A DNA stretch of 64,000 nt, taken from sequence record OQ718158.1; one strand, 5' to 3'. Made by a program: the position numbers and the translations under genes. The stretch's first letter is position 1. Each line of letters starts with the position of its first letter. The notes under the pieces were generated by a model, which saw only the letters and a program-made list of their open reading frames with translations, was not told where the DNA came from and made no database searches. Of the stretch, positions 55,945-64,000 are shown piece by piece.

Positions 55945-58263
55945 ATGATTAACGTAACCAAGCGTAATGGAAAAAAAGAACCGTTATCTTTGGATAAGAT
56001 CCATCAAATTTTATTTTTTGCTGCCGAAGGGCTGAGTGGTGTATCTGTTTCCGAAATTGAAATTCGTGCACAACTTCAATTCTTTGAAGGTATTGAAACC
56101 AATACTATTCATGATATTCTGATTAAATCAGCAGCAGAACTTATTTCTGAAGATACACCAAACTACCAATACGTTGCTGGTCGCTTACTAAATTATAGTA
56201 TCCGTAAGCAAGTGTATGGCGACTATGACCCTATCAAATACACTGCACATCTACAAGAAATGGTAGATACAAAAATCTATGATCCAGAAATTCTTGAGAA
56301 ATACACACTTCAAGAAATTGAAGAGCTTGGACGTTACATCAAACATAAACGTGATGATAAATTCACTTATGTTGCTATGCGTCAGTGGGAAGGAAAGTAT
56401 CTATATAAGAATCGCGTAACTAAGAAAATCTACGAAACTCCACAAATGGCATATATGACCATTGCAGCAATCATCTTTATGGAGTATGATCGCTCTGTAC
56501 GTATGTCTTATGTTAAGAAGTTTTATGATGCTGTTAGTAACTTTGATATCAGTCTCCCGACTCCTATCATGGCTGGTCTACGTACCAATACACGTCAGTT
56601 TAGTTCTTGTGTAGTACTAAACGTTGGAGATAGTCTAGATAGTATTGGTTCTTCTAACCACGCTATACTACGTTATATTTCCCGTAAAGCTGGACTTGGT
56701 ATCAATATGGGCCGCATCCGTGCTCTGGACTCCGAGATTCGTTCAGGTGATGCAGTACACACTGGTTTGATTCCTTTCATTGCATCAACTGCTAAGACCG
56801 TTAAAAGCTGCTCTCAAGGTGGTGTACGTGGTGGTGCAGCAACAGTCCACTTCCCATTGTGGCATTTGGAATTTGACAATCTTGTAGTACTGAAAAATAA
56901 CAAAGGTACTGAGTTCAACCGTGTTCGACAACTTGACTATTGTTTCCAAGTGAACAAAACACTATATCAACGTTTAGTTGATGGCAAGAATATTACATTC
57001 TTTAGTCCTAATGAAGTTCCTGGGCTATATGAAGCATTCTGTTCTAACCAAAAAGAATTTGAAAAGCTGTACAAGAAGTATGAAGCTGATCCAAGCATTC
57101 GTAAAAAATCTGTATCTGCTGTTGAAGTATTCAGTACTCTAATGACTGAGCGTGCAGAAACTGGTCGTATCTATATTCAAAACATTGACCATGCAAACAC
57201 ACACTCAACCTTTATTGAATCAATTGCACCAATTGAACAATCCAACTTGTGTCAAGAAATCGCACTACCATCTGTGCCATTTGATGATATTAATACTGGT
57301 GAAGGTTTGATTAGTCTATGTACTTTGAGTGCAATCAACTGGGGTAACTTTGATCGTCCAGAAGATATGGAAACTGCTTGTGATCTTTCTGTACGTGCTC
57401 TTGATTCTCTATTGGATTATCAAGACTACCCAGTAGTTCATGCAGATCGTGCAACAAAAATGTACCGCCCATTAGGTGTTGGTATCATTAACTTTGCATA
57501 CTTCCTTGCTAAACGTGGTTTACGTTATAATGAAGCAGCATTAGAAACAGTTAACGAGTGGGCTGAAGCATGGTCTTACTATCTAATTAAATCTTCTGTA
57601 CAGCTTGCTAAAGAGAAAGGTAAGTGTGAAGGTTTTGACACACTAAAATATGCTAAAGGTATTCTACCAATTGATACCTATAAAGAAGATATTGATGCGT
57701 TGGTATCTCCTGAACTAAAACAAGATTGGGAAACATTGCGTCAGGATATCAAACAATATGGTATTCGTAACGCAACAACTATGGCACTGATGCCAGCAGA
57801 AACTAGTGCACAAATCAGTAACAGTACTAATGGTATTGAGAAACCTCGTTCACTTGTAACCAAGAAACTATCTAAAGATGGTATTCTTAAACAAGTCGTT
57901 CCTGAAATCAATAAGTTGAAAAACAAATATGATTTACTATGGGATCAGAAAGATAACATCGGTTATCTACAAATCTGTGGTGTTCTTCAGAAATACATTG
58001 ACCAAAGTATCAGTGTGAATACCAGTTACAATCCAGCACACTTCCCTGATGGTAAGTTGCCAATGTCAACACTACTAACTGAATTAATGTATGCATACAA
58101 AGTTGGTTTGAAAAATCTGTACTATCATAATACTAATGATGGTTCTGATGAAGTTGATGTTGAGAAAGTACTAAAAGAAGCTGCAAAACCAGAATCAGGA
58201 CAGTTTGTGTTACCTACACTACCTGACTTAGATGAAGGTGATTGTGATAGTTGTAAGATCTAA
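55945..58263 (+). CDS. nrdA: Class Ia ribonucleotide reductase alpha subunit with ATP cone
   Basis: VTKRNG ATP cone, FSSC, SNLCQE, PAETS, C-terminal CDSC. Confidence 0.96.
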   Translation: MINVTKRNGKKEPLSLDKIHQILFFAAEGLSGVSVSEIEIRAQLQFFEGIETNTIHDILIKSAAELISEDTPNYQYVAGRLLNYSIRKQVYGDYDPIKYTAHLQEMVDTKIYDPEILEKYTLQEIEELGRYIKHKRDDKFTYVAMRQWEGKYLYKNRVTKKIYETPQMAYMTIAAIIFMEYDRSVRMSYVKKFYDAVSNFDISLPTPIMAGLRTNTRQFSSCVVLNVGDSLDSIGSSNHAILRYISRKAGLGINMGRIRALDSEIRSGDAVHTGLIPFIASTAKTVKSCSQGGVRGGAATVHFPLWHLEFDNLVVLKNNKGTEFNRVRQLDYCFQVNKTLYQRLVDGKNITFFSPNEVPGLYEAFCSNQKEFEKLYKKYEADPSIRKKSVSAVEVFSTLMTERAETGRIYIQNIDHANTHSTFIESIAPIEQSNLCQEIALPSVPFDDINTGEGLISLCTLSAINWGNFDRPEDMETACDLSVRALDSLLDYQDYPVVHADRATKMYRPLGVGIINFAYFLAKRGLRYNEAALETVNEWAEAWSYYLIKSSVQLAKEKGKCEGFDTLKYAKGILPIDTYKEDIDALVSPELKQDWETLRQDIKQYGIRNATTMALMPAETSAQISNSTNGIEKPRSLVTKKLSKDGILKQVVPEINKLKNKYDLLWDQKDNIGYLQICGVLQKYIDQSISVNTSYNPAHFPDGKLPMSTLLTELMYAYKVGLKNLYYHNTNDGSDEVDVEKVLKEAAKPESGQFVLPTLPDLDEGDCDSCKI

Positions 58264-58269
58264 TTAAAG

Positions 58270-58287
58270 ATCCCGCTTCGGCGGGAT
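58270..58287 (+). terminator. cUUCGg hairpin between nrdA and nrdB
   Basis: ATCCCGC-TTCG-GCGGGAT; the U-tract is weak. Confidence 0.5.
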
Positions 58288-58315
58288 TAATCTTTCCAAA
58301 TATAAAGGAATATAT

Positions 58316-59440
58316 ATGTCAGTTTTCAAAATTAATGAGAAGTCTCACCTAGAAAAGAATATGTTTTTTGATGAAAGTGTTGATATCCAACGCTTTGAAA
58401 GTAACAAATACTCTGCACTTGAAAAACTAACTGAACAACAGAAAAGTTTCTTCTGGACACCAGGTGAAGTTGACGTATCTAAAGATAAAATTGATTTTGC
58501 TAACCTCAATGATTCTGAGAAGCATATCTTTACATCAAACTTAAAACGTCAAATCCTTCTTGATTCAGTTCAAGGTCGTGGTCCTAATCTAATGCTACTA
58601 CCATATGCATCTCTACCTGAACTTGAAAATTTTATTGAAACATGGGCTTTCTTTGAAGGTGCTATTCATAGTAAATCATATACACATATTATTCGTAACA
58701 TTTATCCTAATCCATCTGAAGTTTTTGATACTATGTTGGACATTCCAGAAATCACTGATTGTGCTGCTGATGTTTCAAAATACTATGATGACCTTGATGA
58801 ACTAGGAACATTGTATCGTGCATTAGGTGAAGGTACTCATACTGTTAATGGTAAAACTATTGAAATTAATATGTATGATCTAAAGAAAAAACTATGGTTA
58901 TGTTTGAATAGTATTAACATTCTTGAAGGTGTTCGTTTCTATGCTAGTTTTGCTTGTTCATGGGCATTTGCAGAGAACAACCTCATGGAAGGTAATGCAA
59001 AGATTATTCGTCTAATTTGTCGTGATGAAAACCTTCATCTAGCAGCAACACAAATGATTTTACGTCTTCTAAAGAAAGAAGATCCAGATATGGTAAAAAT
59101 TGCCGAAGAGTGCTATGATGAAGTACTGGAAATGTTTATGTCTGCTATTCGCCAAGAAGAAGCATGGGCAGATTTCCTCTTTAAAGATGGTTCTATTATT
59201 GGATTGAACTCTGAAATTCTTAAACAGTATGTTCGCTGGATTGGTTCTAAGCGTATGACTGCACTTGGTATCAAATGTCCATATACTGTATCCAAGAGTA
59301 ACCCACTACCGTGGACTGAACACTGGGTAAGTGGTAGTTCTGTACAGGTAGCACCACAAGAAACTGAAATCAGTTCTTATATCATTGGTGGTATTGTGAA
59401 TGATATCCAAGGTGATACATTCTCACCATTTAAACTATAA
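58316..59440 (+). CDS. nrdB: Class Ia ribonucleotide reductase beta subunit
   Basis: FFW.P.EV, LLDSVQGR, IHSKSY (radical Tyr), EGVRFY, RDENLH. Confidence 0.96.
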   Translation: MSVFKINEKSHLEKNMFFDESVDIQRFESNKYSALEKLTEQQKSFFWTPGEVDVSKDKIDFANLNDSEKHIFTSNLKRQILLDSVQGRGPNLMLLPYASLPELENFIETWAFFEGAIHSKSYTHIIRNIYPNPSEVFDTMLDIPEITDCAADVSKYYDDLDELGTLYRALGEGTHTVNGKTIEINMYDLKKKLWLCLNSINILEGVRFYASFACSWAFAENNLMEGNAKIIRLICRDENLHLAATQMILRLLKKEDPDMVKIAEECYDEVLEMFMSAIRQEEAWADFLFKDGSIIGLNSEILKQYVRWIGSKRMTALGIKCPYTVSKSNPLPWTEHWVSGSSVQVAPQETEISSYIIGGIVNDIQGDTFSPFKL

Positions 59441-59488
59441 AATAAAACTAACAGGGATTCTATGAATCCCTTTTCTTATGGAATTTAT

Positions 59489-59656
59489 ATGAGTGATATT
59501 TTTACAATTGAGCGTAATGTTATCTATGACTTCTACCTAACTGGTGGATTTAAGGTAACTGGTGCAGTATCTGATGTTTGTCCCAATGGCCTTGTACTTG
59601 TAGATGGTACTAGAGTCGTTCAGGCACACATTGTCATGTTTGTACCAACCGAATAA
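59489..59656 (+). CDS. Small Sm/Hfq-like protein (55 aa)
   Basis: YLTGGFKVTG...L...H...FVP parallels Hfq [10 protein letters not shown]...KHAISTVVP. Confidence 0.5.
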   Translation: MSDIFTIERNVIYDFYLTGGFKVTGAVSDVCPNGLVLVDGTRVVQAHIVMFVPTE

Positions 59657-59661
59657 AATTT

Positions 59662-59689
59662 AGGACAAACACCAGAACTGTGCTATAAT
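59662..59689 (+). promoter_or_regulatory. AGGACA-N16-TATAAT promoter
   Basis: Motif variant. Confidence 0.68.
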
Positions 59690-59691
59690 GA

Positions 59692-61096
<1,405 letters not shown>

Positions 61097-61099
61097 TTA

Positions 61100-62553
<1,454 letters not shown>

Positions 62554-62577
62554 AATCTTATTGTTATTTTTATAAAG

Positions 62578-62583
62578 TATTTA
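62578..62583 (-). promoter_or_regulatory. Late promoter TAAATA for the holin pair
   Basis: TATTTA on the + strand, about 40 nt upstream of ATG 62537. Confidence 0.6.
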
Positions 62584-62630
62584 CCCAAATTTACGTTTTT
62601 TTGATAGTTTATATGGAGTTAAAGTAATAA

Positions 62631-63939
<1,309 letters not shown>

Positions 63940-63961
63940 AGTGTAATAATCAGTCGAGGGA

Positions 63962-64000
63962 ATGATGAGTAAAATCAAGCTTACGGATAAGCAACAAGAA
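63962..64000 (+). CDS. Start of a truncated ORF (MMSKIKLTDKQQE, helicase-like N-terminus?)
   Basis: GAGG RBS; only 13 codons are visible. Confidence 0.35.
   Translation, partial: MMSKIKLTDKQQE

Overview
This window is 64 kb of an AT-rich jumbo myovirus core genome. Gene order and T4-like modules suggest the RaK2/GAP32/PBECO4-like group (inference). It holds baseplate and spike genes, a gp55-like late sigma factor, gp47/gp46, the head module (portal, protease, scaffold, major capsid), a family B DNA polymerase, clamp, GroES, terminase, gp32/UvsX/UvsY/UvsW, primase-helicase, nrdAB, two T4-T-like holins, DHFR and RNase HI. The main discovery is that three late genes (the large terminase and both holins) are each broken by one extra base at an in-frame CGG codon followed by A. 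Skipping the C (CGG-A read as GGA) restores full-length proteins, including the terminase Walker A motif RQMGKT. A manual scan found no other in-frame CGG in credible genes, which points to a programmed +1 recoding switch gating DNA packaging and lysis. Other highlights: a ~450-nt promoter- and terminator-bounded structured ncRNA candidate, a degenerate terminase-ATPase paralog just upstream of terL, a 212-aa mini DnaE-like protein, an Hfq/Sm-like protein, strong AGTACT enrichment, and a recurrent G(A/G)GACA-N16-TATAAT promoter class. All family assignments are from motif recognition by eye; no searches were run.
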